A stretch of 61,233 nucleotides of DNA from an uncultured archaeon (GCA_964373815.1 CAYJWI010000004.1:1-61233); one strand, 5' to 3'. Shown: positions 44,363 through 53,701, counted from the stretch's first letter. Numbers and translations are program-made. The notes: generated from the sequence alone by a model not told the origin.

Positions 44363-45625
44363 TTAGCGCAGTATCGTCTGCTCCCTGCTCGCACCGACTG
44401 AAATAAGCTTCACGGGCGCCTTGATTTCCTTCTCTATGAATTCGATGTATTTGCGCGCGTTCGCATGTAGGTCGGAATACTTTTTCTCGGAACCGGAAAT
44501 CTCGAAGCCTTCGAACTCGGCATAATTGGGTTTCGCCTTCTCTATGCCCTTGTTGCTGTAAGGGAAGAACATTATCTCCTTGCCATTCACGGAATAGCTT
44601 TTGGCTGCCTTCACTTTTGCAAGCCCGGAGAGCACGTCGAGCTTTGTGAGGCAGAGTTCCGTGAACCCGTTGAGCCTCATCGAGGTGCGCAGCATAGGCA
44701 AATCAAGCCATCCGACGCGCCTCTTCCTTCCGGTCGTGGTGCCGAACTCATTGCCCTTTTCGGTCAGGTGCTGCCCAACTTTGTCGCTCAGTTCCGTTGG
44801 GAACGGCCCGAACCCGACGCGCGTAGTGTAAGCCTTCACTATCCCTATTATCCTCTCTATTTTATTGAGCGGCATCCCAATCCCTGTTGAAACCCCGCCA
44901 GAAATCGGGTGCGAACTCGTGACAAAAGGATAGGTGCCGAAATCATTGTCCAAAAAAGTCCCCTGCGCGCCCTCGAAGAGCACGCTTTTTTTGCGTTCGA
45001 GCGCTTCGCAGACCTCGAGGCTCACGTCCCGTAGATATTTCTTGAACTCCTCCCCGAGCGAAGAGTACTCCTCGACGACCCCTTTTTCAGTGAAAGGCAC
45101 TTTTATGCCATAAACCTTTTCGAGAATCGCCTTTTTCACTGGGAAAACTTCCGCAACTTTTTCCCGAAGCCTTGATTCTTCCACCAAGTCCTCGAACCTC
45201 ACTCCAACCCTCTCCGCCTTGTCAGCGTACGCTGGCCCTATGCCGCGCTTGGTTGTGCCGATTTTTGTAGTGCCCCTGCTGCCTTCGCGCCCTTCATCGA
45301 GAAGGTTGTGCCATGGCATTATTATGTGCGTGCGCGGGTCAATGCCCAGATCGGACTTTTTTTTGCCGAGCTCCTCTAGCTCAAGCTTTAGGACGCGCGG
45401 GTCGAGCACGACCCCCGCGCCTATAAGAATCCTCTTCCCCTGCACAACCCCGCTCGGGAGCAGGTGGAACTTTAGCGTCTGGCCTTCGACAACCACTGTG
45501 TGCCCGGCGTTGTTTCCGCCCTGGTAGCGCGCCACAATGTCCGCCTTGTCAGAATAAAAGTCGGTGACTTTTCCCTTGCCCTCGTCGCCGAACTGGGCGC
45601 CTATAATGACTGTTCCCGGCATCAA
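44363..45625 (-). CDS. purA: adenylosuccinate synthetase
   Basis: 420 aa. GAQFGDEGKGKVTD, GTTKRGIGPAY and GTTTGRKRR are present. Confidence 0.95.
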   Translation of the reverse strand: MMPGTVIIGAQFGDEGKGKVTDFYSDKADIVARYQGGNNAGHTVVVEGQTLKFHLLPSGVVQGKRILIGAGVVLDPRVLKLELEELGKKKSDLGIDPRTHIIMPWHNLLDEGREGSRGTTKIGTTKRGIGPAYADKAERVGVRFEDLVEESRLREKVAEVFPVKKAILEKVYGIKVPFTEKGVVEEYSSLGEEFKKYLRDVSLEVCEALERKKSVLFEGAQGTFLDNDFGTYPFVTSSHPISGGVSTGIGMPLNKIERIIGIVKAYTTRVGFGPFPTELSDKVGQHLTEKGNEFGTTTGRKRRVGWLDLPMLRTSMRLNGFTELCLTKLDVLSGLAKVKAAKSYSVNGKEIMFFPYSNKGIEKAKPNYAEFEGFEISGSEKKYSDLHANARKYIEFIEKEIKAPVKLISVGASREQTILR

Positions 45626-45830
45626 AACCCCTAGTATAAGGAAGATGCAGTTTTTTTAAAGCGATTGATGCGAATGGACGGAAAGCCGGGGATTTCTCTC
45701 GAACGGGCCTTGTGAAATTTTTTGCCGTTGTTTTAAAGCAAGACCGGGAATTGCAGCAAATATTATTTCGTGAAAGCGCTTGTGAATGTTTTTAAATCCA
45801 ACCACTTACCTTTCTATTGGTGAAAACAAA

Positions 45831-46814
45831 ATGGGCTCCGTAAAGAATCTTATTGTCGAAAAAGAACCGACAGAGGATGCCATGGGCGTCGGCACGTTCG
45901 AGTTTACCGACGATTACAGCGTGTTCGATTTCGGCAAGATGCCTGACACAATACCCGGAAAAGGGGAGGCATTGTGCAGGGTGTCGGCCTACAACTTCGC
46001 TGAACTCGAGAAAAAGTTCGAGATAAGGACGCATTTCCGCAAGTTCACGGCCCCGAACAGGATGCAGGTGAGCCTTGTGCGTGTTCTGATGCCGCAAAAC
46101 AAGCAGATTTTCGAGCAAACAAGGAACTACCTAGTGCCACTTGAGATAATTTTCCGCAATTCGCTCCCCGAAGGAAGCTCGGTTTTCAAGAGGCTCGCCG
46201 CGGGAGAGCTTTCAGCAGACGATCTTGGCCTTGCGCAAACCCCGCAGCCGGGCTTCAAGTTCGAGAAGGCATTTTTGGATGTCAGCACAAAGCTCGAGCC
46301 AATCGACCGTTACCTTTCATGGGACGAGGCGCTAGACATTGCCCAGATTTCCGAAGACCAGCTCTACGAGCTGAAGGAAATCGCGCTCAACATAAATGAC
46401 TTCATAACCGAGAAGGCCGCGGGCATCGGGCTCGAGCACTCCGACGGGAAAGTGGAGTTTGCGGTAACCCCGAAAAACGAGCTCATGCTCGTCGATGTCT
46501 GCGGAACCCTCGATGAGGACAGGTTTTTGTGGAACAACATCCACGTAAGCAAGCAGGTCGCGCGCGACTATTACAAAACCACGCCGTGGTATGCAGAGCT
46601 CGAGAGCGCGAAGAAGAGCGGGGTCGAAAAAGCCGACTGGCCAAAGCCCCAGGCACTCCCATCAGAGCTTCGGGACATAATCTCTAACATGTACAAGAGT
46701 GTGTGCGAGGCGTGGGTCGGCGAAAAGGCTTTCAATGCCCCCTCGATAGAGGAAACAATGAACGCCTACAAGGCATTCCTCGAGAAAAGCAAAATCGCAA
46801 CCCCGAATGTTTGA
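45831..46814 (+). CDS. purC: phosphoribosylaminoimidazole-succinocarboxamide synthase (long form)
   Basis: ATG at 45831 is preceded by GGTGA. FTDDYSVFDFG, PLEIIFRN and DGKVEFA are present. Confidence 0.88.
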   Translation: MGSVKNLIVEKEPTEDAMGVGTFEFTDDYSVFDFGKMPDTIPGKGEALCRVSAYNFAELEKKFEIRTHFRKFTAPNRMQVSLVRVLMPQNKQIFEQTRNYLVPLEIIFRNSLPEGSSVFKRLAAGELSADDLGLAQTPQPGFKFEKAFLDVSTKLEPIDRYLSWDEALDIAQISEDQLYELKEIALNINDFITEKAAGIGLEHSDGKVEFAVTPKNELMLVDVCGTLDEDRFLWNNIHVSKQVARDYYKTTPWYAELESAKKSGVEKADWPKPQALPSELRDIISNMYKSVCEAWVGEKAFNAPSIEETMNAYKAFLEKSKIATPNV

Positions 46815-46841
46815 AGTTCGCCAGGCTGTGAAGGTACTGTA

Positions 46842-46849
46842 TTTTATAT
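46842..46849 (+). promoter_or_regulatory. TATA-like box for the GNAT gene (leaderless geometry)
   Basis: TTTTATAT is centred about 25 nt upstream of the ATG at 46871. Confidence 0.4.
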
Positions 46850-46870
46850 GCCCTGATTTCATATTCGTTA

Positions 46871-47344
46871 ATGGAGTTCATTTTTTCGAAGGCCACTGAA
46901 ACTGATGTAGCTGAAATCCGCAGGCTAAGCAATGAACATAAGGAAACCATTAATCGCCTGCCAAAACCGGGTTTTGGTATATACCCGCCTCCCACAGTGG
47001 CTTTGCTCGATGAACGCGTTCACATACTTGTTGCAAAAACGCCTTCAGGGGAAATTGCAGGCTTTGGGTTTTTGATTAGGCTAAGAAAATCAATAGTAAA
47101 GCTTTATGGCATAGGCGTTCTAAAAAAATTCAGGGGCAGGGCAGGAAAACCCCTTATGCATGAGCTTATCCGCTCCGCTTCCAAAGTATTCGGGGCAAAA
47201 ATGGTTTTACTCGAGCCGAGCAGTTTTGCATTGAAGGAAGGCCAAAAAATAGGCAGGATGCTTAAAAAAAGGCAGGCTTGGTTTTCGAAGTTTGGGTTCA
47301 AGCAAACAAAAAACCCCATAATTATGTCCAAGAGATTACGCTAA
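46871..47344 (+). CDS. GNAT-family N-acetyltransferase (putative)
   Basis: 157 aa. LYGIGVLKKFRGRAGKPLMHELI resembles the acetyl-CoA-binding motif A (Q/RxxGxG/A). The gene is A/T-richer than its neighbours. Confidence 0.6.
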   Translation: MEFIFSKATETDVAEIRRLSNEHKETINRLPKPGFGIYPPPTVALLDERVHILVAKTPSGEIAGFGFLIRLRKSIVKLYGIGVLKKFRGRAGKPLMHELIRSASKVFGAKMVLLEPSSFALKEGQKIGRMLKKRQAWFSKFGFKQTKNPIIMSKRLR

Positions 47345-47412
47345 TTTGCCCGGTTTGTTTCTCCCAGCACCTTTTAAATAAATATTAACCCCAATTCTAT
47401 TGGTGTGCTGAC

Positions 47413-48789
47413 TTGGACCGCTTCTCCCTCTTTTCGCCTATCGATTACCGCTACCTCGACGGAGGGCTGCGCGCGAAGGCCGAGGGGTATTTCTCCGAAA
47501 ACGCGAGGGTGCGCTACCAGGCGCTCGTTGAAGCCGCGCTTGTGAAGGCGCTCTCGAAGCAGGGAATATGCTCCCCCAAAATTGCTGCCGGGGTGCAGAG
47601 AGCCGCGCTCAAGGTGAAGGCGGAGGAAGTTTACAAAGAGGAAGGGCGGATAAAGCACGACGTGCGCGCGCTCGTGAACGTCCTGCGCTCGAAAGTCCCA
47701 AACGAGGCCAAGCCATTCATCCACTTCTGTGCAACATCATATGACATCGTCGACACCGCCTCCGCGCTGCGCTACAAGGAAGCGACCTACGGGCTTGTAA
47801 TTCCCGAGCTCAAAAAGCTCCTTGCGAAGTGGATAAAGATTGCCCTGCGTGAAAAGAAGACCCTGCAGATGGGAAGGACCCACGGCCAGCACGCAGAGCC
47901 CATAACATTCGGCTTTGCGATGTGCTCTTACCTAAACCGCCTAGGCGAGATGATTGGCTCGCTCGAATGGTACGCAGGCCAGCTCGAAGGCAAGTTCTCG
48001 GGCGCTGTGGGCGCGTACAACGCCTCCTCGCTTTTGGTAAAAAGCCCGCTAAAGCTCGAGCACGACATAATGGAAAGCCTCGGGCTCAAGCACTCGATGC
48101 ACTCGACGCAGATAGTAGAGCCTGAATCGCTCATCGATTTGGTGAATTCAATAGTTCTCACTTTCGATGTGCTCGCGAACTTTTCCGACGACATGAGGCA
48201 TTTGCAGCGCACCGAAATAGGCGAAATAGCGGAGGGCTTCGGCTCGAAGCAGGTGGGCTCGAGCACGATGCCGCACAAGCGCAACCCGATAGGCTTTGAG
48301 AACGTCAAAAGCCTCTGGAAGGAGTTCATGCCGCGCATCGTGACCCTGCACCTCGACTCGATTTCCGAGCACCAGCGCGACCTCACAAACAGCGCAAGCT
48401 CGCGCTTCATCCCGGAAATTTTCATAGGCCTTCTTATAGCAACCGAGAGGCTGCAGAAAGTTTCCGAGAGGCTAACAGTGGACCGCGTGGCGATGAAGAG
48501 GAACTTCGAATCTTCGAGGGAGAGCATCGTGGCGGAGCCGCTCTACATACTGCTAGCAAAGCACGGGCATGGGGATGCGCATGAAGCTGTGAGAAAGCTT
48601 ACGCTCAAGTCAGGGCAGGGCGGCAAAAGCGTTCTAGCGCTCGCACTCGGGGATGGGGGAATTGCGCCCTTCATTAAAAAGTTTTCAAAAAAGGAGCTCT
48701 CGCTGCTCGAAAACCCGGAACAGTACATCGGCCTTTCGGTTGAAAAGACGGAGCAGATATGCTCTTTTTGGAAGAAGAGGTTTTCGTAA
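47413..48789 (+). CDS. purB: adenylosuccinate lyase
   Basis: 458 aa. The TTG start is preceded by GGTG. SPIDYRY, TSYDIVDTA, GRTHGQHAEP and the signature GSSTMPHKRNP are present. Confidence 0.95.
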   Translation: MDRFSLFSPIDYRYLDGGLRAKAEGYFSENARVRYQALVEAALVKALSKQGICSPKIAAGVQRAALKVKAEEVYKEEGRIKHDVRALVNVLRSKVPNEAKPFIHFCATSYDIVDTASALRYKEATYGLVIPELKKLLAKWIKIALREKKTLQMGRTHGQHAEPITFGFAMCSYLNRLGEMIGSLEWYAGQLEGKFSGAVGAYNASSLLVKSPLKLEHDIMESLGLKHSMHSTQIVEPESLIDLVNSIVLTFDVLANFSDDMRHLQRTEIGEIAEGFGSKQVGSSTMPHKRNPIGFENVKSLWKEFMPRIVTLHLDSISEHQRDLTNSASSRFIPEIFIGLLIATERLQKVSERLTVDRVAMKRNFESSRESIVAEPLYILLAKHGHGDAHEAVRKLTLKSGQGGKSVLALALGDGGIAPFIKKFSKKELSLLENPEQYIGLSVEKTEQICSFWKKRFS

Positions 48790-49808
48790 TGGACCTCTAC
48801 AAGGCGGCAGGAGTTGACATCGATGCCGGCAACAGGGCCGAGGATTTGATTGCAAAGGCCGTGAAAAAAACCTACAACCCGCAGGTTGTTTCAGGCGTCG
48901 GCAGTTTCGGGGCGGTTTTCTCGCTCGCAAAAGTTTCGAAAATGAAAGAGCCATTGCTTGTTTCCACGATGGACGGCGTGGGCACGAAACTCAAGGTAGC
49001 GGCGATGCTCGGCAAGTGGGATTCGGTAGGCGCTGACATAGTGAACCATTGCTCGAACGACATACTTGCGATGGGCGCAAGGCCGCTATTTTTCCTCGAT
49101 TACCTCGCCTCATCCAAGCTCGCGCCTTCGCAGGTCGGCCAGATTGTTTCCGGGATGGCAGGCGCGTGCAAGGAGCTCGGCTGCGCGCTTGTCGGCGGCG
49201 AGACCGCGGAAATGCCGGGCGTCTATCTGCAGGGCGAAGTAGATGTTGCCGGCTGCATGGTTGGAGTTGTTGAAAAGGGAAAGCTCCTTCCGCGCGCGGA
49301 CGTGAAGAAGGGTGATGCGCTAATAGGTTTGGCTTCTAGCGGCCTGCACACCAACGGCTACTCGCTTGCAAGAAAAGTGCTCTTCGAGCAGGCGGGGTTC
49401 AAGGCGGATGATTACGTGCACGAAGCCGGGGGGTATCTCGGAGAGGTTTTGCTAAAGGTTCACCGCAGCTACTCGAAAAATGTCCTCGCGCTCGCGGAAA
49501 AATTTGAAGTGAAAGGGGTTTGCCACATTACGGGCGGCGGGCTAGTGGAAAACCTCCCGCGCATATTGCCCAAAAAGCTCGAGGCGAAGATTGATTACGC
49601 TTCAATAAAAGTGCCTCCTATTTTCAAAGTGATAGCGCAGAAGGGCGGGATTCCGGACACTGAAATGTTCCGCACCTTCAACATGGGCGTTGGCCTTGTG
49701 GTCGTGGTCTCAGCACAGGACTGCGAAAAGGCGGTAAAGTTTTTGAACTCGAAAGGCGAGCAGGCATGGGCGCTCGGCGAAATAGCAGCAAGAAAGGCCT
49801 CGCGCTAG
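48789..49808 (+). CDS. purM: phosphoribosylformylglycinamidine cyclo-ligase (AIR synthase)
   Basis: ATG at 48789 overlaps the purB TAA. YKAAGVDIDAGN, DGVGTK and GGETAEMPG are present. Confidence 0.95.
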   Translation: MDLYKAAGVDIDAGNRAEDLIAKAVKKTYNPQVVSGVGSFGAVFSLAKVSKMKEPLLVSTMDGVGTKLKVAAMLGKWDSVGADIVNHCSNDILAMGARPLFFLDYLASSKLAPSQVGQIVSGMAGACKELGCALVGGETAEMPGVYLQGEVDVAGCMVGVVEKGKLLPRADVKKGDALIGLASSGLHTNGYSLARKVLFEQAGFKADDYVHEAGGYLGEVLLKVHRSYSKNVLALAEKFEVKGVCHITGGGLVENLPRILPKKLEAKIDYASIKVPPIFKVIAQKGGIPDTEMFRTFNMGVGLVVVVSAQDCEKAVKFLNSKGEQAWALGEIAARKASR

Positions 49809-49810
49809 AT

Positions 49811-49818
49811 ATTTATAC
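49811..49818 (+). promoter_or_regulatory. TATA-like box for the acidic tail-anchored protein (leaderless geometry)
   Basis: ATTTATAC is centred about 26 nt upstream of the ATG at 49841. Confidence 0.4.
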
Positions 49819-49840
49819 ACTAATTTTCCATTTATTCGCT

Positions 49841-50236
49841 ATGCCAGTACAAGGCGACCTCGATTTCGACGACCCGGAAATTTTCGGGGGCGGCGGCGAT
49901 GAAGGGGAGCCGGAAGCGGAACGCGACGATGGTTTTGACGAGCCCGAAATGGTGAAAAAAGGGAAGGAGAAGGAAGGGCAGAAAGAAACCCCGGGGAAAA
50001 AAGAGGGAGATGAAAAGGAGAAAAAAAAGAAGGCCAGAAAAGCCCTCGAGGAAGAGGAAGCTGAGGAAAGCGAAGCGGAGATCGCAAAGGAGCTCTTCGA
50101 CAACAAGAAACCCGAGGATGAAAAAACCGAGCCGAAAAAAGAGGAGAGCGAAGTGCTCAACATCGTCGTGCTGATACTTATCGCGGCGGGGGCGATAGCG
50201 CTATTCTTCGCATGGCTGTACTTCTTCGGGGGATGA
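49841..50236 (+). CDS. highly acidic low-complexity protein with a C-terminal TM anchor
   Basis: ATG at 49841, 131 aa. About 105 Asp/Glu/Lys-rich residues (DEGEPEAERDDGFDEPE, KKEGDEKEKKKK, EEEEAEESEAE) are followed by LNIVVLILIAAGAIALFFAWLYFF. Confidence 0.55.
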   Translation: MPVQGDLDFDDPEIFGGGGDEGEPEAERDDGFDEPEMVKKGKEKEGQKETPGKKEGDEKEKKKKARKALEEEEAEESEAEIAKELFDNKKPEDEKTEPKKEESEVLNIVVLILIAAGAIALFFAWLYFFGG

Positions 50237-50316
50237 GCAATGCCATTTTCGCGCTTTTATAACGCACAATTTCCCAGAGCGGCAAAACTGCCTGCCCGCA
50301 TTTCGGTGGTGATGGA

Positions 50317-50622
50317 ATGATTTTTCTCTACGTCACTTACCCGTCCCTCAAATTAGCAAGAAAGGCGGCGAAAGGCCTTCTCAAAAAAAGGCTCATTGCC
50401 TGCGCGAACATGCTCAAAAGCCACTCGGTTTACACTTCGAACGGCAGGCTGGCTGAAGGCCCAGAATACATTGCCATTTTCAAGGCTCCATCCAAAAACC
50501 GGCCGAAAGTGCACGAATCCATCGGCAAAAACCACCCTTACAAAGTGCCCTGCATAATTGAAATTCCCGCAAAAGGAAACGCGGAATACGAGCAATGGCT
50601 GCAAAAAACCTGCTTTCGCTGA
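50317..50622 (+). CDS. cutA: divalent-cation tolerance protein CutA
   Basis: 101 aa. LIACANM...S.Y.S.G...E...IFK....HPY.VPCIIE matches the CutA1 pattern. GGTGGTGAT lies upstream of the ATG. Confidence 0.85.
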   Translation: MIFLYVTYPSLKLARKAAKGLLKKRLIACANMLKSHSVYTSNGRLAEGPEYIAIFKAPSKNRPKVHESIGKNHPYKVPCIIEIPAKGNAEYEQWLQKTCFR

Positions 50623-50686
50623 ACAACGGCAAAGGCAGAAAACCATGAAGTCAATCGACGGTTTTTTGATGGACATTTAACGTAAT

Positions 50687-50696
50687 CTTTATATAT
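50687..50696 (+). promoter_or_regulatory. TATA-like box for the por operon (leaderless geometry)
   Basis: CTTTATATAT is centred about 26 nt upstream of the porG ATG at 50718. Confidence 0.45.
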
Positions 50697-50717
50697 GGTC
50701 GTCCCTATGAATGTTAG

Positions 50718-51290
50718 ATGAAAGAAATCAGGCTGCACGGAAGGGCCGGCCAGGGAATGGTCACAGGCGCGGAGCTGATAGCCCTGGCTGCAAACTACGA
50801 GGGCAAGCATTCGCAGGCTTTCCCCTTCTTTGGCTCTGAAAAAAGGGGGCCTCCGGTGGAAGCCTACTGCAGGATAGACGAGAAGCCCATAACAATACAC
50901 GAAGAGATAGCGGAGCCCGACTTTGTGATAGTCGGCGACCCCTCCATAATGGATTCGGTCGATGTCTGCGCCGGCCTAAAGCCCAGCGGGATTGTGATTG
51001 TGAACTCGCCCAAGGCCCCAAAGGAGCTAAAGCTCGCGGCAAAAAGGGTTTTTACGGTTGATGCGAGCGATGTTGCCCTAAAGCACTTCCAGAGGCTCAT
51101 ACTGAATACCGTGATGCTCGGCGCGTTCTGCAAGGTAACGGACGTCGTGAAGCTTGAATCGATAAAGAAGGCGATAAGGGAATCCTTTGCAAAAAAGTTC
51201 TCCGAAGCGGTAGTGACCGCCAACATCAACGCGATTCAGGAAGTCTATGACATGGTGAAAGTGAGCAAAGCGGAGGCTGGAGGAAAATGA
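50718..51290 (+). CDS. porG: pyruvate/2-oxoacid:ferredoxin oxidoreductase, gamma subunit
   Basis: 190 aa. IRLHGRAGQGMVTGAELIA and GSEKRGPPV are present. Confidence 0.9.
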   Translation: MKEIRLHGRAGQGMVTGAELIALAANYEGKHSQAFPFFGSEKRGPPVEAYCRIDEKPITIHEEIAEPDFVIVGDPSIMDSVDVCAGLKPSGIVIVNSPKAPKELKLAAKRVFTVDASDVALKHFQRLILNTVMLGAFCKVTDVVKLESIKKAIRESFAKKFSEAVVTANINAIQEVYDMVKVSKAEAGGK

Positions 51291-51541
51291 TAATCCCGCA
51301 CGCAAAGCCGGGTTCGAGCGCCGAAAACCTCACGGGCGAGTGGAAAGCATACATGCCGGTTGTCACTGGCGATAAGTGCATAAAGTGCGGGATATGCCAG
51401 AACTACTGCCCCGAAGGCATAATGGGCGAAGTCAAGAAAATCCCGGAGATAGATTACGAGTACTGCAAGGGCTGCAGCATCTGTGCAAACGAATGCCCCG
51501 TGAAGTGCATCGCGATGCAAAGGGTAGACGAGAACGGTTGA
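51287..51541 (+). CDS. porD: pyruvate:ferredoxin oxidoreductase, delta subunit (2x[4Fe-4S])
   Basis: 84 aa. The two CxxCxxCxxxCP motifs are CIKCGICQNYCP and CKGCSICANECP. Confidence 0.9.
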   Translation: MIIPHAKPGSSAENLTGEWKAYMPVVTGDKCIKCGICQNYCPEGIMGEVKKIPEIDYEYCKGCSICANECPVKCIAMQRVDENG

Positions 51542-51561
51542 TTTTCAAGGGTTGAAAAATA

Positions 51562-52713
51562 ATGCTTCGTACAAAAGAAGGCGCAAGGGTAATTGGCGAG
51601 ATGGCTGCAAACTGCAAGCTGGAGGTAGTAGCGTGCTATCCAATAACGCCTACTACGCACTTAACTGAGGAACTGAACAAGTATTACGCTGACGGGAAAA
51701 TCCCCGAATACATCACGGTGGAGGCGGAGTTCTCCGCGATTTCCGCCCTCATAGGCGCGAGCGCCGCGGGCTCGAGGACTTTTACCACCACGGGCGGCCA
51801 GGGCCTGCTCTACATGCACGAGCCGCTTTTCAGCGCAGCTGGCATGAGGCTTCCAATAGTGATGCTCATAGGCAACAGGGCAGTGAGCTCCCCTCTCAAT
51901 ATTTGGAATGACGAGCAGGATTCGGTGAGCCAGAGGGACACTGGCTGGATACAGATTTACTGCAAGAACAACCAGGAAGCCGTGGACACTCTTCCACAGG
52001 CATTCTACGTTGCTGAAAAAATACTCCTGCCTGTAATGGTCTGTGTTGACGGCCACTACCTGACGCACGCAGTTGAGCAGGTGGATGTCGCTGATGAAAG
52101 CTTAGTGCAGGGTTTCCTGCCGCCTTACAAGTACCCGCTCAAGCTAGACCCGGAGAACCCGGTGAGCCTTGGCGTTTACGCAAACCCGACGCATTACCAG
52201 ATTTTCCGCGAAGACATCGTCAAGGACATGGAGGCCGCAAAGGAAATAATAGTCGAGGCAGGGCAGAAATGGGGAAAGCTCACCGGAAGGTCTTACGGGC
52301 TCATAAATGCCTACAAGGTGGAAGATGCTGAAAGGGTAATATTGGGCCTTGGTTCTGTCATGGACAACGTGATTACTGTTGTAAACGAGCTGCGCGAACA
52401 GGGGGAGAAAGTCGGCGCCCTGCACCTGCGGGTCTTCAGGCCATTCCCGCGTGAGGAACTCAAGAAAGCGCTTGCGGGAAAAAAAGTTGGGGTAATTGAC
52501 AGGGACATAAGCATAGGCGGCTGCGCACCTGTGTACGTCGAGGTAAGCGAAGCGCTCAATGGCACGAAGGCGGAAGTTTCAAGCTTTTTCGGCGGCCTTG
52601 GAGGAAGGGGGATAAAGAGGGCGCATGTAAAGGACATGTTCGAGACAATGAAGAAAGGGCCTGTGAAGAAATGGGTGGCGACAGAGCCGCCAAAGCAGGC
52701 AATGAACTGCTAG
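51562..52713 (+). CDS. porA: pyruvate:ferredoxin oxidoreductase, alpha subunit
   Basis: 383 aa. AYPITPTT and EAEFSAISALIGASAAGSRTFTTT are present. Confidence 0.9.
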   Translation: MLRTKEGARVIGEMAANCKLEVVACYPITPTTHLTEELNKYYADGKIPEYITVEAEFSAISALIGASAAGSRTFTTTGGQGLLYMHEPLFSAAGMRLPIVMLIGNRAVSSPLNIWNDEQDSVSQRDTGWIQIYCKNNQEAVDTLPQAFYVAEKILLPVMVCVDGHYLTHAVEQVDVADESLVQGFLPPYKYPLKLDPENPVSLGVYANPTHYQIFREDIVKDMEAAKEIIVEAGQKWGKLTGRSYGLINAYKVEDAERVILGLGSVMDNVITVVNELREQGEKVGALHLRVFRPFPREELKKALAGKKVGVIDRDISIGGCAPVYVEVSEALNGTKAEVSSFFGGLGGRGIKRAHVKDMFETMKKGPVKKWVATEPPKQAMNC

Positions 52714-52729
52714 GAAAAAACGAAGGTGT

Positions 52730-53701
52730 ATGAAGATGAGCAAGCAAAGTGAACAGCATTTGTATGCGCCCGGCCATAGCGGCTGCCCCGGATGCGGGCC
52801 GAGCAACGCGCTCATACAGGTATGCGACACGCTCGGAAAAGATATTATTGTAGTGAATGCAACAGGCTGCATGGAGATAACCTCGAGCCAGTACCCGCAG
52901 ACGGCATGGAGGGTGCCTTACATCCATTCGTTGTTCGAAAACGCGCCCGCAGTCGCCTCCGGCGTTTCAAAAGCCCTCAAGGCACAGGGCAATGACCATA
53001 CCAAAGTGGTGGTGATCGCAGGCGACGGCGCGACCTACGACATAGGCTTTGGCTCCCTTAGCGGAATGCTCGAGCGCGGGGACGATGTTCTATATGTCTG
53101 TTACGATAACCAGCTTTACGCAAACACCGGGGTGCAAAAATCAAGCGCAACCCCGTACGGCGCCGCAACCACGACCACTGTTGTCGGGAAAGTGCACAAG
53201 GGAAAAGAGACCGAGAGAAAACCAATCGCAGAAATCGTAGCTTCGCACGGGGTGCAGTATGTCGCCTCAGCATCGATCGCCTACTACGCCGATTTGCAGA
53301 TGAAACTGAAGAAGGCGAAGGCTGTAAATGGCCCCTCATTTGTTGTAGTGGACGCGCCGTGCTGCCTTGGCGCAGGGTTTGATGGCGCAATCACAGTGAA
53401 GGTTTCAAAGCTTTCCGTGCAGTCAAGGCTCTGGTTTTTGTACGAAATCGAGAACGGCCAGTACAAGCTCAACTTCAATCCAGCGAACCCGAAGGGCGTA
53501 AATGAAGTCCTCGAGATGCAGAAGCGGTTCAAGCACCTAGATGAGGAGCAGCTTGGGCACATACAGCGCCAGGCAAACCTAAACTACGAGGAGCTTTTGC
53601 GCAGGTGTGCAATCACCACGCCAAAGCCAGTGGAAGCACAAAAAGCTGTAGAGGCGCCAAAACCAGCCACCCCTGAAAACCCTCCGAACCCAGCAAAATA
53701 G
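52730..53701 (+). CDS. porB: pyruvate:ferredoxin oxidoreductase, beta subunit (TPP-binding)
   Basis: 323 aa. GHSGCPGCG and GDGATYDIGFGSL (TPP motif) are present. The C-terminus carries a Pro/Ala/Lys-rich tail of about 30 aa. Confidence 0.9.
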   Translation: MKMSKQSEQHLYAPGHSGCPGCGPSNALIQVCDTLGKDIIVVNATGCMEITSSQYPQTAWRVPYIHSLFENAPAVASGVSKALKAQGNDHTKVVVIAGDGATYDIGFGSLSGMLERGDDVLYVCYDNQLYANTGVQKSSATPYGAATTTTVVGKVHKGKETERKPIAEIVASHGVQYVASASIAYYADLQMKLKKAKAVNGPSFVVVDAPCCLGAGFDGAITVKVSKLSVQSRLWFLYEIENGQYKLNFNPANPKGVNEVLEMQKRFKHLDEEQLGHIQRQANLNYEELLRRCAITTPKPVEAQKAVEAPKPATPENPPNPAK

